NCBI RefSeq assembly: GCF_006345805.1
Contig: NC_043000.1
Span: 51,460,001 to 51,524,000 of the forward strand
Length of the DNA: 64,000 nt
Source of the DNA: Octopus sinensis
Taxonomy: Eukaryota
Direction of reading: 5' to 3'
In this document: positions 10,530-24,516 of the stretch, piece after piece
How the letters are laid out: every line of letters begins with the position of its first letter
Position numbering within the stretch: position 1 is the first letter of the stretch
Translations under genes and position numbers: made by a program
The notes under the pieces: model-generated
The model's database searches: none
What the model saw: the letters and a program-made list of their open reading frames with translations, nothing else
Told to the model about the DNA's origin: nothing

Positions 10530-13188
10530 AAAGAAAGAAAGAAAGAGAAAAAAACAAGAAGCACAATCAGTTTTATGGCAAGATTTAACCTCCTTGTCTT
10601 TTCCTCAAAAAGCCAGAAACAATTTGGGTGATTTCTATCTTTTCATTATCTATTCATTCTCTAATTAGGAAGAAGCAAAGAAAAAGATGCTTGCAAAAGA
10701 ACTTCTTAATCCTTGTTCACTTTCTCAATTGATGATTAATTGGTGTTACACTTGGTCGTCACTGATTATATATTGTTCCAGCACATACAAATTATGCTGA
10801 AATAAGCCAAGTTTCTTCTCTCGAATAGCAATGTATATAATCACTTCTTCCAAATTTTAATTTCCTTTTATCAATACTTACGTGTTTCAATTTGGCAATC
10901 AAAAATTATTAATGTTTCTGTTTATTTTTCTTTTCTTCATTTGAAACCTTTTTCGTCTGTTTGTTTATTTTAATTTTTAAAAATTTTCTTTTATGTCTAA
11001 GTGTTTCTTCTCATTAAGTATAATAATCAATATTTGATTACAAGCAATTATTTCATTGACTAAATATCACACATTTCCAGTAAAATCATTCAACATCTTT
11101 TTTATTTTTTTTTTTCAATCAGTGTTTATCATGTTATTTATTTTCTTTGCCTACCTTTTGCTGTTGCTTTTACTTATTAGCAGACTTAGATGGGGTAGAA
11201 ACCTTCAATATTTCCTGATACAATGATAAATTTAGGTGACATCAATAACCAGAGTTAAATATGTAAAATAGTTGTTTTGTTTGTATAGTTATATGCACTA
11301 TTTCATATAATGTGTTGGCATATTCTTTTCATTAGCTTCTATGTTTTATTTTAAAAAGCATATTCTGCATTTGCCAAATTATTATTTCGTATCATCAAAT
11401 ATGAGGCAATACAGGTCAAGTTTCTGGAACTAAGAAAGCTAATTAAAATCTATATTACACCAAAAGATTTCTTATTTTCTTACTGTAATTACAATAGTTG
11501 ATTAAAAAATCTAGTCTTTGATTTTATCTTGTAAATATGATAATAAGAATTCATTTTTTTAATTGTTAAAGTGAAAAGAGTCTGAAATATGTTCAAAACT
11601 TTTATATTAAAATTCTATGTTAGCAGTTGAAAGGCATACTTGCATTTTCATGGAAAGCTATTTAAAATCCAACTGGATAAATTAAAAGAAGTGTGCTTAT
11701 TAATGGTCAAATTCATTAGAAGATAGAAAACCTATTGTCATTTCTCAGGGAATAAATTACAAAAGAAGAAAAAAATGTTGAATACTATCTAACTGATTTG
11801 GTAAAGCTTCTTGAAAAGCAGTATTAAATAGTAAAAAGAAAATAAACATGCAAAAGAGAGAGAAATTTCTCAAGGAAAGATTCAAATTTAAAGAAAAATG
11901 TAGAATACACAAACTTAGTAGTCTTTGTATTTTTGTTAACTCACTCTCAGCACTTCAGAGTTTTATGTCACCATGTTTTTAAAACTTGTAGGCTAACAAA
12001 TGATTCCATAAATTAAAACACCGTTTCTTATATGTTCCTATTCAGATCACTAGGAAAGTTTATTTCTCAGTCTTTATCAGTCTTATAAAATATAACTTTC
12101 TTTAAATATATTATATCGGTGGCATTTTTAATGAAATGTTTCTAGGGCTTTTAATATCTTAAATTCAGTCATTTTTTTTTATGTTTACTGAATTTAAGGC
12201 TGAGATTTTGCTATTCGATCAATGGTGATATATGTAGCAATGGTTATATATGTAGCAATGAAACATTAATCTAAAGTAATGCAACTGGTCTTTCATCATA
12301 TTGAAATATATATTATTTAACATTCACCGATTTTTAATCTAAATCTCATACGAATTAGTCTCTCTTATATTGAAATATTTATTGTTTATATTCGGAGATT
12401 TTAAATCTAAATCATCCACTATATCACTGCCAAAAGTTTTGCACATTTGTCTTGATAGTTTCTAAATCAGCTTTTTCTGTTATTTTAGAGTCTATAGGAA
12501 ATGTTCTTAAAATGAATATTAAAGGACAAGGATTTTCTGCTGGAACTTTCTGGTGTTCACAAAAGTATAAAAACAAAAATTGAACTCATTTCGAAATTAA
12601 TCTCTTCAGGCTTTTGCGAAAATGAAAGTGACTGCTACAGGCTACAAATAAATAAAAAAAATTCCTAAATAGAATAATAACTGAGGAAAAGCTGAATACT
12701 TAATTAAGAATTTTATTCCGGTCCAATAAAACCAATGTTAGTTCCAGTTTTATTTGAGGCCTGAAAGTTTTCAGTTTAGCAAAGTGAAATGGAAAAATTG
12801 TTAAGGCAGCTTTATGAAAATCTTTTCATGCTTTATGCCTTTTAAAAGTAGATTTGCACTCATTTAGAAATATTTATGATCCAAAAACAATTTTTTTTTC
12901 TTATTTCCATTTAAGACAAGGCAGCTATCAAAGAACATACTATCTTCATGCTTTCTTTGTATTTCCATTTTAGTATAGACTGGTTTGTACTGTGAAGTCA
13001 GTTACTTGACTAAATCCCCCTAGAAAGAATATAATTTGAGGTATTTCGTAATGCAAAGCATTCAGCCAAAAAATGTTAAGCAGTGCCTACTTTCAGCAGA
13101 GTTGAAGAAAATTACGTAATCTTTGCAACGTCAACAATTTAAGTTTGAATTATTAAGCTTTGACTTGTATTCTAACGCCATACCTACG

Positions 13189-13248
13189 ATGCTGACCTTA
13201 GTAATGATAACTATAAAGATAGTAGCAATGACTGTAGTAACAACAGCT
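13189..13248 (+). CDS. Candidate first coding exon, signal-peptide-like (MLTLVMITIKIVAMTVVTTA)
   Basis: ATG, 20 mostly hydrophobic codons ending in T-T-A, immediately followed by GTGAGT donor; lies in a CpG-retaining region; same strand as and upstream of the CUB exon. Confidence 0.45.
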
Positions 13249-14668
13249 GTGAGTTTAGAAACACATCTTCATATTTTGATTAAAATACATCATAACACTT
13301 TCTTACTGGCTGTTGCTTTTTTCTTTTTACTTGTGAATCTATAATACCTGAAAGAGAATAAAATATTATGATAAGAAAATGAATTTAACACCGATTTATG
13401 TTATCTTCAATATACTAACTCTAACGTGTAATAATAATTTGCATTCACAAGATTCTCTCCAAATTTTTGAATTAACTTTTTCTATTTTTCCCTCTCTTTA
13501 TTACTTCTCATATTCTCTGCAACGTTGTAACTATGCTGCTTGCTGTGAACCTAATGGTATTTTGAAGTTAATTTTCTTACTTTATTCACAAGCAATATAC
13601 GATTCACATTCATATACATGTGCTTACATACTCACATAATTAGCTTTGGTATAATTAAGAATACTCAATATCTAGATGTTTTATGGAACACAGTGGGGAA
13701 ATACACTGAGAAGTGCTTGAAGGAATAAATTTAACATGCACTCAAATATGTAAGAACACACAAACAAATGTACATGTATGTTCTTACACACATACTCACA
13801 CACACACACACATGCACACACACACACATACATGCATGCACACACATATGCATGTGCAAAATTATTGATAAATATTTTAAAATATACCTTTCATATATGC
13901 TGACTATAGGTGAATTATTTATTTATTATATGTAACTAGGTGTATCTTTGTACACATTTACTCAGATTAGTTGAGGGAAGCAGATCTTCAGATACTGTCA
14001 TGTGAACAGTCTTTGTGGTTTCTTTGTACATGCATATAAGCATTGACTTGCTTTATATAAACATTTCTAAATCCATATAGATAGATATATTTGGGAAAAT
14101 GTTTTTATGGATGTGTGTGTGACAGACAGGCAGTCAGATAATAATAAAAGCAAAAAGAAGAGTTTTAGCAGACTAAGAAAAATAAATGAACAAATCAATT
14201 AGTAAAAATCAGGTTAGATTTTTCACACAGCTGTGTCTTTCCCAAGAAAAAAGAATCATTGTACAGCTGTAGAATGACAGAAACAACCTATTACCTAGAA
14301 GGAAAGAAGCTGTAAATTTCTATCTAGCACTATTGGAAAACATGTTGAATACATTCAAGATTCTGTTCAGGCTGAGTTAAGAAAGAGCATCTAGCAATAA
14401 CTTGATCTACATAATAGTGTACAGTGTCTGTCGTGCAGCATCTGTCTGAATCCCATGCATTCTGGGCACAGAATAACATCAGCACAATGATTATTGTTAT
14501 TGTTGTCAATGCCGTTGTTATGTTTTCATTTTCCTTGATTTTGTTGCTATGATTATTTCTTTCTACACTTTCTTCCTTACTTTCAAAACAATATACCTCC
14601 CATTCCTGAGATCACCTTGCTAACGCTTCTTGTATATATTTTTTTCTTTCTACTATCTACTTACTTAC

Positions 14669-14726
14669 CTTTCTGCAATTGAATATAATGAAGAATTAAT
14701 ACACATGATAGAAGTTCAATTTTCAT
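14669..14726 (-). CDS. Candidate signal-peptide exon (MKIELLSCVLILHYIQLQK, phase 1)
   Basis: Acceptor ttttcttaacag (exon starts 14748) and consensus donor AAG|GTAAGT; MK plus hydrophobic core; weak Kozak context. Confidence 0.35.
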
Positions 14727-15389
14727 CTATTGCAATTCACTGCATTGCCTGTTAAGAAAATCTAGTTTGCAGGCAGTCAAATAATAGCAATGATATTAAT
14801 ATATCCAACTGTTTAAAGTGTCTGCCTATTTACTTCCCATTCTAGTTATTTGTTGGTTACTTTTAATATCTTTGTATCCATCTGTGCCTATGTCTGTTCA
14901 TCTGTGTCTCTTTATCTGTAGTATATTCATAAAAGCATATTGATATATAGTATATGTTATCATCTTCATGAATATGTATTTGTGAACATAACATTATTTG
15001 TGTGTATGTATAATTAAGCTAGCAAGCAAATTGTATTTATGGTATCAAAATTTTATTCTTAAGCTAACAAAATTACATTGGTACTTTGATAGAATCAGAT
15101 TAGCAAATTGATTGTAGTAATAAATGATGTAGGTAACTGATTGAAATCTTGCACAGAGCAATTCATTTCCACGTGGTACCTGTATGCTAAACTTTTATGA
15201 CTCATAAAATCCTTGTGATAAAGGCTTAGCATATAAATTATTGATCTTGTTCTTTGACTGGCATGTGATATTAGTAGAATATGGTTTATAGCTGTGTACG
15301 AGGTATGGCTATGTGGTTAAAGAGATTGCTTCACAACTGCAGATCCACAGTTTCAGATTTGATCACACTGCATGACACAACACCATAGC

Positions 15390-15560
15390 TTCATCATCAT
15401 CATCATCATCGTTTTAATGTCCGTTTTCCATGCTAGCATGGGTTGGATGGTTTGACCGGGGTCTGGGAAGCCAGGAGGCTGCACCATGCTCCAGTCTGAT
15501 CTGGCAGTGTTTCTACAGCTGGATGCCCTTCCAAATACCAACCACTCCATGAGTCTGGTT
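15390..15560 (-). mobile_element. RTE-tailed SINE family C
   Basis: (cat)n cgttttaatgtccgttttccatgctagcatgggttgg...ctggatgcccttcc; near-identical to 44462 copy. Confidence 0.85.
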
Positions 15561-16022
15561 GGGAAATTCATTACGAGTGTTATTTTGTAAATAAAGCCTG
15601 TGCCTGTGTAAAAGCCCATCATATGTGTGTGTGTGTGTGTGTGTGTGCATTTATTGCAAAATAATTGGTATGTGACTGAAGTTTCTGTTATCAGATTTGA
15701 TACATCTTTGACACCTTCACTGTCAGAAATTCAGTAAATGCAGTGAACTAGTGCTTGGTCTACTGGGAATTTGTAAGGTTAATGTTCATAAATTGAAACT
15801 TAGAATTTTAAAAATATATAAAACTATAGTTTGGTTTACACTTTCCTTTACTTATTCCCATTTAATATGCCAAGTATTTATTACTTAAGGAATTAATTAA
15901 CAAATTTTTAAAATTAATTATATTCATTATAGCAAATATATTGGAATAAAGAAGGAGAAGATAATTCTAATCTGATTTTTATTACAATATCTATTGTTTT
16001 CCTTATTAGGTATGAATATTCA

Positions 16023-16253
16023 AAGGTGGCGAACTGGCTGAAATGTTAGCACACTGGGTGAAATGCTCAGTGGTATTTCATCTGCCGGTATATTCTGGGT
16101 TCAAATTCTTCTGAGGTCGACTTTGCCTTTCATCCTTTCAGGGTCGATAAATTAAGAACCAGTTACGCACTGGGGTCGATGTAATCGACTTAATCCATTT
16201 GTCTGTCCTTGTTTGTCCTCTCTGTGTTTTTCACCTTGTGGGTAGTAAAGAAA
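16023..16253 (+). mobile_element. SINE family B variant with 16-bp target-site duplication
   Basis: Perfect direct repeat taggtatgaatattca at 16007-16022 and 16254-16269; family B head and core, different 3' tail (tttgtctgtccttgtttgtcc...gtgggtagtaaagaaa). Confidence 0.92.
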
Positions 16254-17899
16254 TAGGTATGAATATTCAGTTAAATGAAGTTAATTTGGATGATTCAATG
16301 GAGAAGTAAAGTTCAAATGTAGATTTCATCTTTCAATTCACAAATTCCAAAATCTCTTTATTAGTTCTACATATATTCCTCTTGACTGATAAGGAAGTCA
16401 AGATAAGATCCTTTATGGTTTGAGTCAGACACTTTTGAACACATATTTACCTGCACTGTTGATAACCATTTGCACTGCTTTTGCATCATTCATTTATTTG
16501 TATAAAGCGAAATGTCAGAGATACACATTTTTACCATTAGATATAGATACATTTAGAAAATTATATTGAGTGGTTATATACCCTTTTAGTGATTTATATT
16601 TCCTTTGTCTTTAGTTATATTTTTAATCTGTCTCATAACATATTTTCAGGACTACTGTTTGCTCTGATAAAGTTTTAGACAGCTAAGTAAATTCATTATG
16701 ACATTTTCTTTCCAAACTAAATCAGTACAGAAAGAGAATTAACAGCAATTAGGTAAACTGATTCAATGAATGATTCTACATCAGAAAACTTAAGTGCTGT
16801 TTTACATATATTTTGCACCTTTCAACCTAATATTAAAGTCTAAAATTAAATAATCTATGTACAAAATTCAAATTAATTTGTAAAGTTTTTTTCTGTTTTT
16901 TTCATTTTTAACATTAGGATTACTAGTGAAATAACATGTTTCAACTGCAAGTAGTTTATATAAAATTGATTCATTTGTTTCATAATTTCAATACTTTTTA
17001 CAAGAAGATACAAAGAAGGCTATAAAATGAGGGAAGATTTGATGAACTATTTTAAATGTAGAAATAGGCAGGTAGCCACTTTTAAGCAAGTTACATGTTT
17101 TCTTTCCTTGCTTACATAAAACACAAACAGCAAGAAATATCTCAAGAAAACAGTGTCTAAGAGTAAAGGGCTGGCATCTTTTTTTTCAAGCAGTCTTCAC
17201 ACTTCTCTTATTTAGAAAATAAATGGAAGCTTTTCCAAAAAGTGAGTGAAAATAAATAACAATAAATGATGTTAAAAGCTTTGAGTGGATTATTGATATT
17301 TTATATTTCAGAAAGATTTTCTTCAAAAAAGCAGAGCACACACATTAAGAAAACCACTTATCTGTCCAAATAATTATGCCTACAAGCAGTATCAGTTCTT
17401 GTGTTTGCCAAAAAGATAATCCAATGTTAACTTGCATATTTGTTCTTTCAATAAATTTGTTAAAAATTACATAACATTATATCAAATTATATATTATTAT
17501 TTGCCAGTCCAAAGTCTGGAAATTTTATCACAAATGATTAAAAGATCTTCCCCAGAACAAACAGATTTCAAATACATTTTCCTATGTGCTTCCCCTTTCC
17601 CCCCATTTGGCAGCTTTAAAAATCACATACGTACATGTATATAAGTAAAATGTATTTGGCTGCATGTATAAAATATAATTTTATTTAATTACTACATATA
17701 TAATGCATTTCGTGAAGTCTATACAATATAATTCCATTTAATTCTGTTAGATATTTATCATCAGCATTTAACTGTTTTCCATGCTGGCATGGGTTACATT
17801 GTTTGACAGGATCTGAGGGCTCACACATTTGGAGTGACTGTGAAATCTTTAGATGTGTGCCACTGATGATTAGTGTAGTGTTTTTTTGATATGAGTAGC

Positions 17900-18600
17900 A
17901 TTTAAGGAGTTTTCTATTTGGCTCTTGAGAAAGACGGGTATGGCTCTACTAAAGGTTGCTCTAAAAATTTTGTTTGTGAAGTTAATGTTGGTTTAGTGTG
18001 TTGTGTCTAGGTTGTGTGTAAATGGTGCTTGGTTGGGGAAAACGAAGGGTCATGCCATGTACTTTAAGAGCAGGAAAGCTTGAGAATCATGTAATATATG
18101 AAAGCATCCTTTGCACCCCAGATAGGGGTCTTACGGGAGTTAAGTACAATTGCTTCCTGGTATATGCCACATAAAACTACTCAAGCTTCAACAAGTTGAC
18201 CTGACCTGAAATGCAGTAGGGTTTGAAAGGAAGGGGATGTTACATATTATGTGATTGCATGTTGAGTAGTCGTGACAAGGTAGTGGTTGTGTGGCCCAGT
18301 GCAGAAACATTCATGGCTAAATAGAGATGAAATTTTGATGTAAGAAAAAGACCATAAGTATTTGGAGTGTTTGTGTCAGTTTAGAATGCATGAAGAGGAA
18401 ACAATTTGATGTAAAGAGTTGAGAATAGCAAAGGATTCAGGTTCTGCAATAGCTATGTTACTGTGTGTGTGTGAGTGCATGCATGCACAATGATGACTTT
18501 ACTGGGAGGAGAAGTGAATTAGGTTCTCAATGCAGTAGAAAATATGATCAATGAATTGATGGTGGTCTGAGGAGTTCAGAGAGTTGTGGAGATAGGGTAG
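17900..18600 (-). mobile_element. Possible highly decayed CR1/Jockey-like LINE 3' region
   Basis: Strong G-rich skew on the + strand; minus translation has faint similarity (FQTLLHFR vs LQ.L.HRR); many stops. Confidence 0.3.
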
Positions 18601-18834
18601 TGAGTTTTTCTTTAGAAATTTCAATACCAGTGGCCTAACATGTATAAAAAGTCAATAGACATACTTAAACACATCCTTGTTTTATTGCTTTAGACATAAA
18701 TTAGCTGTTGGTCCTGCCAGTGCTGTTGAATTTTAGGATTTGTACTAGAAAAATTTGAATTCAAACTGATCTAGGAAAGACCATGAGAAAATGCAGGATG
18801 AAAAGAAATGATAAAACATTGGTATATATATATA

Positions 18835-18876
<42 letters not shown>

Positions 18877-21195
18877 TTTTTTAAGTAAACCTACAACAAG
18901 AGTAACTCTTGAAACAATGACATTGTGGTTAATTGTTCAGTAATTTTATATTAATGGTTTACTGACTTGAAACTTGATACAAAATCCAGGCTATAACTTA
19001 GGTTGTCTTTTGAAATTGTATCTCTGGTTAACCAATTCATGTGGCATTTAGTTGTAGAAGAATGAAGTTATTTGATGCCTTTGTGCACATGTGTATTGTT
19101 TATTTCTGTACATGTTAAGTGCCAATTTAGAGACTTTGCATAAAAAAAAAACAATATGAGAGAAGCTATTTTATAAAAGGCACACACACACACACACACA
19201 TGCACATGAATGCACACATGCAAACACACATACATATACATATGTGCGCACAAGTAAAATAAAATTGAAATAAAAAAAAAATGAATTCACAATTGGAATG
19301 AAATACAAATATATGTAAGAGATAAGATTTTGTTAATGATACTGTTTGCTGTTGATACTCTAGGGGTTCAGATGAAACTTTACTTTATTTGTTGTAAAGA
19401 TAGGAAGCAAAAACAAATATTGTTTATTTCCAGCAGTTACAGAGATAAAAACAAATATTGCAGAAAAGCAATAAAAAAAAAACCTTCTATCATTTTGATA
19501 ACTTTCCCTTCCTGATAACGAATTAACTCAACTAACAATAAATGTTGATATCCTATGTTTAGTTGCCACAGGTTGTAAATTCCTTAAGAAACAAAACTGC
19601 TAGGAAATAACCTGCTGAAAATTTTTGTGTAAAACACAATGCATTGGTGTTCAAGTGTTGGAGATGTAGTAAGTTTTTTCAAGTTAGTAAATCAGATATT
19701 TAGCAGCAATCAAAATTATGTATGCTAATTGATATTGCAAAAATTATTATCCAAGTAATGTACAAATAATTAAATAAATACATGATGAAGACAAAGCAAC
19801 AACAATGATAAAAGGTGGTCATTGTAATTAGATTTGTGGATGGGAAAGGAAGATAACGTTTTGGAGAGGGTTCTTCATCAAAACAGTAGGAAATAGAAAT
19901 GAATGAAAAAAAAAAGAATAACACAAAAAGCCTTGTTAATTACAATGTTAATTACAGTGGCTTTGTACTTTGTTTATTGTTTTCATTGCTTTATGTGTCT
20001 TAGTTGAAAATTAATTACCTTGATATCACTTCTTGTGTTGCTGTGGACTAAATCCAGATTATCTCTGGATTTATTATTTCATTTTATGAAATCTGTGTTT
20101 ATTATAAGACAAAGTAAATATGTTAGCAATATCTATCTCTTTTTATTTGATAGGAAAAATCTCTAAGAGGTTGCTATTTTGTGGTAATAAAGCAAATTGA
20201 GTCTAAATTCTAATTTCATATCAGGTGTTGCATTATACCTGTCATGAATTTGCATTATTCTGTATGTCTTAACCAAAACTTTTGTATAAGTTTTACTTCA
20301 ATATAATGTAATTATTATGGTGAATACCAAAACACTGTAATTCATTTCTAAAGAACTGCGCCTGAGACTTGGTTTTTAATCATGTTCCAGAATTCTGTAA
20401 ATTATTTTGCAAATACACTTTGGAAAGTATGTTAATCACACCTTCTCAATGCATATCTGTATTTGAAGTTTTCAGCATTATGTTAGAAGCCATTATTAAG
20501 TAGCTAGAATGAGAGAAACTAGCCACCTGTAAAGCATTTTCTCCTAAAACATTGGCAGATTTTCTCTGTAGACCTATTGAACATCTATAACATGAAAAAT
20601 GTACATCAGTGTTTTGATTCCTGTTCAAATTTTAGGAGTTAAAACATTAAACTGTGTTTTATTTTGATTCTCATTTGTTTTGTTAGAGATGTTTCATTTT
20701 GTTTAATGAGTTTTAAAACCTTGTTTCAATGGATGGAAACTAATACTAAGCTGTATCTACTTAAGATGCTATTTGTATTAGGTTACTAATGCTTTGAAAG
20801 CTAAACACCATAATGGGGTGCCAAGAGACGTTAATATAATACTATTGCTGTGTTTGTGTGTGCATGTGTATGTGTGTATGTGTATGTATGTGTGTATGTG
20901 TGTGTGTTGTTTCATTTAGCAAATTCTTTACAAAATTTCAAAGAGAAAAGCAACTTTTACTGCTTATGTTTCCTAGGTTCATATCAACAATCAATAAGCA
21001 ATTTAGTTTAATTCACTTTAATTAGCCCCTTAAGAGTTGTTTATGTGAAGATGTATGTATGTGTGTGTGCATGTGTGCGTAGGAGGTGTGTGTATATATG
21101 TACACGTAATAGTATGTATGTATGGGCCTTTGTGCATTAGATATATAAAGGTTTTTCAACTTTCTCCTTTGCAATGTAATAAACTATCCTTCTTT

Positions 21196-21241
<46 letters not shown>

Positions 21242-21246
21242 ATATA

Positions 21247-21337
<91 letters not shown>

Positions 21338-21345
21338 CATACACA
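21196..21345. repeat. (TG)n(TA)n(TATG)n compound microsatellite
   Basis: Directly visible. Confidence 0.95.
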
Positions 21346-24300
21346 ATACACATATATTCAAGTGAAAGTCATGGTTCAAATGGCTTAAACAACTGTTCAA
21401 CTACACTGCATCTTATGACCCTATCCAGACAGAGACTGTCAAGTTAATTGGTTTGCTTTCTTTTGGTCCAACATATATATGTCTCCTACTATTAATATCC
21501 TACTCTCTGTCTGAGTTCTTGCTGGTAGCATTCCAACTGTTCTTGATGCATTATGTATCTCTTCTTTATCTGTTTTCAGTTATTATCTTTAACGCTATAT
21601 CACTTTCTCTCTTCCTTCCTAAGTCTTAAGAAATTGAATTTGTCTTCGTATATGTTTTTTAATAACTTAATGTAACAGAATCAAATTATAATACTTTTAT
21701 TAATCTTTAGACAACAGGTCAATTTGTATTTAATTTAGAACAAGGGTGGAAATCATTTTTGTACTAGGGGTTAATTGCAGATACATAAGAACTTGTGGGA
21801 TAATAATGTGCACTGTGAAAAATAATAATTCTTTAATTTTCTAAACTCATAAATATGAAATTTCTACTGAGGCTTTAACCATTTTTATGATATAGATTTT
21901 TAGAAACTTAGTCACTAATTAGTTTTAAATTGGTTTCCAACTGCCTCTTGTACTCATCTTAATCTGAAATGTGAAATGGTGTGCTTGCTCAAATAAATAA
22001 TGTGCCACTTAATACATGACTTGAATCTATGATCTAACAGTTACCATGTTTAAAGATAACTTATTATTCTTTTACTATAAGTCACTAGAACAACTTACTA
22101 GAATAACTTTGATGTTAATGAAACTTTTCTTATGGTAGTGAGACTCCCTTCTTCTGATTTAGAGCAATTACTGACAAAACAAAGTTGATTACTAAATATA
22201 ACTAAAAGAAAATCAGTAACCCAATATGTTTCTGTCTATTGTTTCTCCTTAAATCATTTTTTAAAAAATACTTTTGGAAATATATTCAAATTTTTATCTT
22301 CAAATAGCTTTATATTACTATGATGGATGAAAATTTAAAACAAAATATTCAACATGCAAAAGTCTTGAGCAGTTTAAATGGGATCTGAACAATGATAACA
22401 TTATATACTGCAGTTTCATATAGGCAAGTTTAAATTGTGTATGTTTCTGAAGGTTATACAAAGTTAAATGGTACATTAATTTTTTAAAGAAATGAATAAA
22501 ATATGAATAATACTGTTTACAAATAGAGTACATGATAGAGCTATCATTGTAAATGTCTAATTTTCTTTATGTATGTGGTACAATTTACATACGATATTTT
22601 TGAGAAGAGTAAATTGATGACTCTTATGTTTATGCATGTAAACTAAAACTCTATCCCCTTGTCCCTCACTCTTTTTCACTCTCCCTCACCACATGCACAC
22701 ACACTTTATTGGCAATGTGACTGACTCTCAAATGAGAACTCATCTATAACATACTTGCTTTGACAAGTGCATCTGACCAGCTCTGTTGTCTCATCTAAAC
22801 TATTTTAAAATGAAAAAAACAAAAAAAAAAACACATGATTAAAAATCACTTAAAAGAATATGATTTGAAATGTGCTACATTAACTCCATTGGGAAATATA
22901 ACTCCATAACATTGCCTTCACAGTGAAAAGTTAAACTATTTTCATGAGCATTACACCATTCATTTTACACTTTTTATCCTCCCCTGCTATTAAGCTTTAT
23001 GTTTTACTTTATGCTTTAGCATATGTGTAAATTACTTATTAAAATACTAGTAGTATTCTTTTAGCTTCTGTCTTTAAATCTATAAATACTGTTATGGTGT
23101 AAGAATGTATCTATGTTAGAATTATGCTTGTGTGACACATATTTACTAGTATGTTTGTGTATGCAAAATCAGTGTCTTTCTGATTCAAGTCACTTTGTTA
23201 TTTATAAAATTATTAATATTCAAATCAATACTTTTATTTTCTATGGTTCTTTATTTATTCTATCAGTCTTATTTTATTACATATTTTTACTGCACAACCA
23301 AAAGCAGCACTGTGTGACTTAGTTACATGCAGTGATATGTTTTGTTTTTTATCGTATTAAGAATACTCTATGTGTGTCTGCTTAGTAGATAATTCTGGTC
23401 GTTGTATGTGTTTGTATGCACATATGCAACAGCCTACAGTTTTGGTATATATTTGTTCATATCTTTTTTTATTTATTCATTTTTTTTATAATTCATAGGT
23501 TCCCATTATTAAGGTGGTTGTTTTTGTTTTTGAATCCACGCATTCTAGTTATCTCTATTTCCAGATATTTATATCTGGATAGTTTCTTCCTTTTCTTTAG
23601 ATATTGTTTTCTTTTGAAAGGCATACACTGATTAGGAGGTATTTCTTTTCATGGCGGTTTTTGGCTATAACATCTGCTTGATTTATGTTAATCTGCCTAT
23701 TTGTATGACTTGTCATGTCTCAGAGTATGGTCTCTTTATCATGCTCTGAGACTTTTGTAGCATGTTTTCATACCTTCTCTTGTCTGGGGGTATTTCACAA
23801 TACTAGCATAATTTCCTATGAAAGAAAGCTTCAAATCTGTTATGACTCTACGTATATTCACTTTTGGTTAAAACTGAGCAACTACCAATAATGCGATTTG
23901 AAAGCATTTTCACTGCTCCACGTGTTTTGCAGTAACTTTCATTATATGTATTTGATAGTTTCTGGTAAGAAGACTTTCATATTCTGTTGCAATCAAAACT
24001 CTTTTGTTCTCAGATTTATTTAAGTGTTGCATTGCTTAGACTTAACCTGTATTGGAAAATGTAGGTATTTTACTTGCAATGTTTGCAGAACTACCAACAC
24101 ACATAAACACAGATAGAAAAAAAAAAAAAAAAGGAAAGTTGGATATGTAATATGCTAAGAATATCCCAATCCCACCAAGTTTGCAATAAGACTTATATCT
24201 ATAAAAAAAATAGAAGTAAATTAGCTCACTGTGTTGCAAGAGTTCCACTCTACATATACTCATTTTCATCTGAAGTGTGAAATAGTGTGCTTGCTCACAG

Positions 24301-24480
24301 AAACAGTGTGCCAGCTAATACATGGTTCAAATCTATGATCAAGCAACCACCATATTCAAAAATAACTTTTACTTGTCTTACTGTAAGTCATGTAGTTTAC
24401 TAGAATAGATTTTTTTAAACTATTAATGATCCTCTTTCATTATCATTCCTGCCTTTGTTTCTCTTTGGTCTTCATTCTCC

Positions 24481-24516
<36 letters not shown>

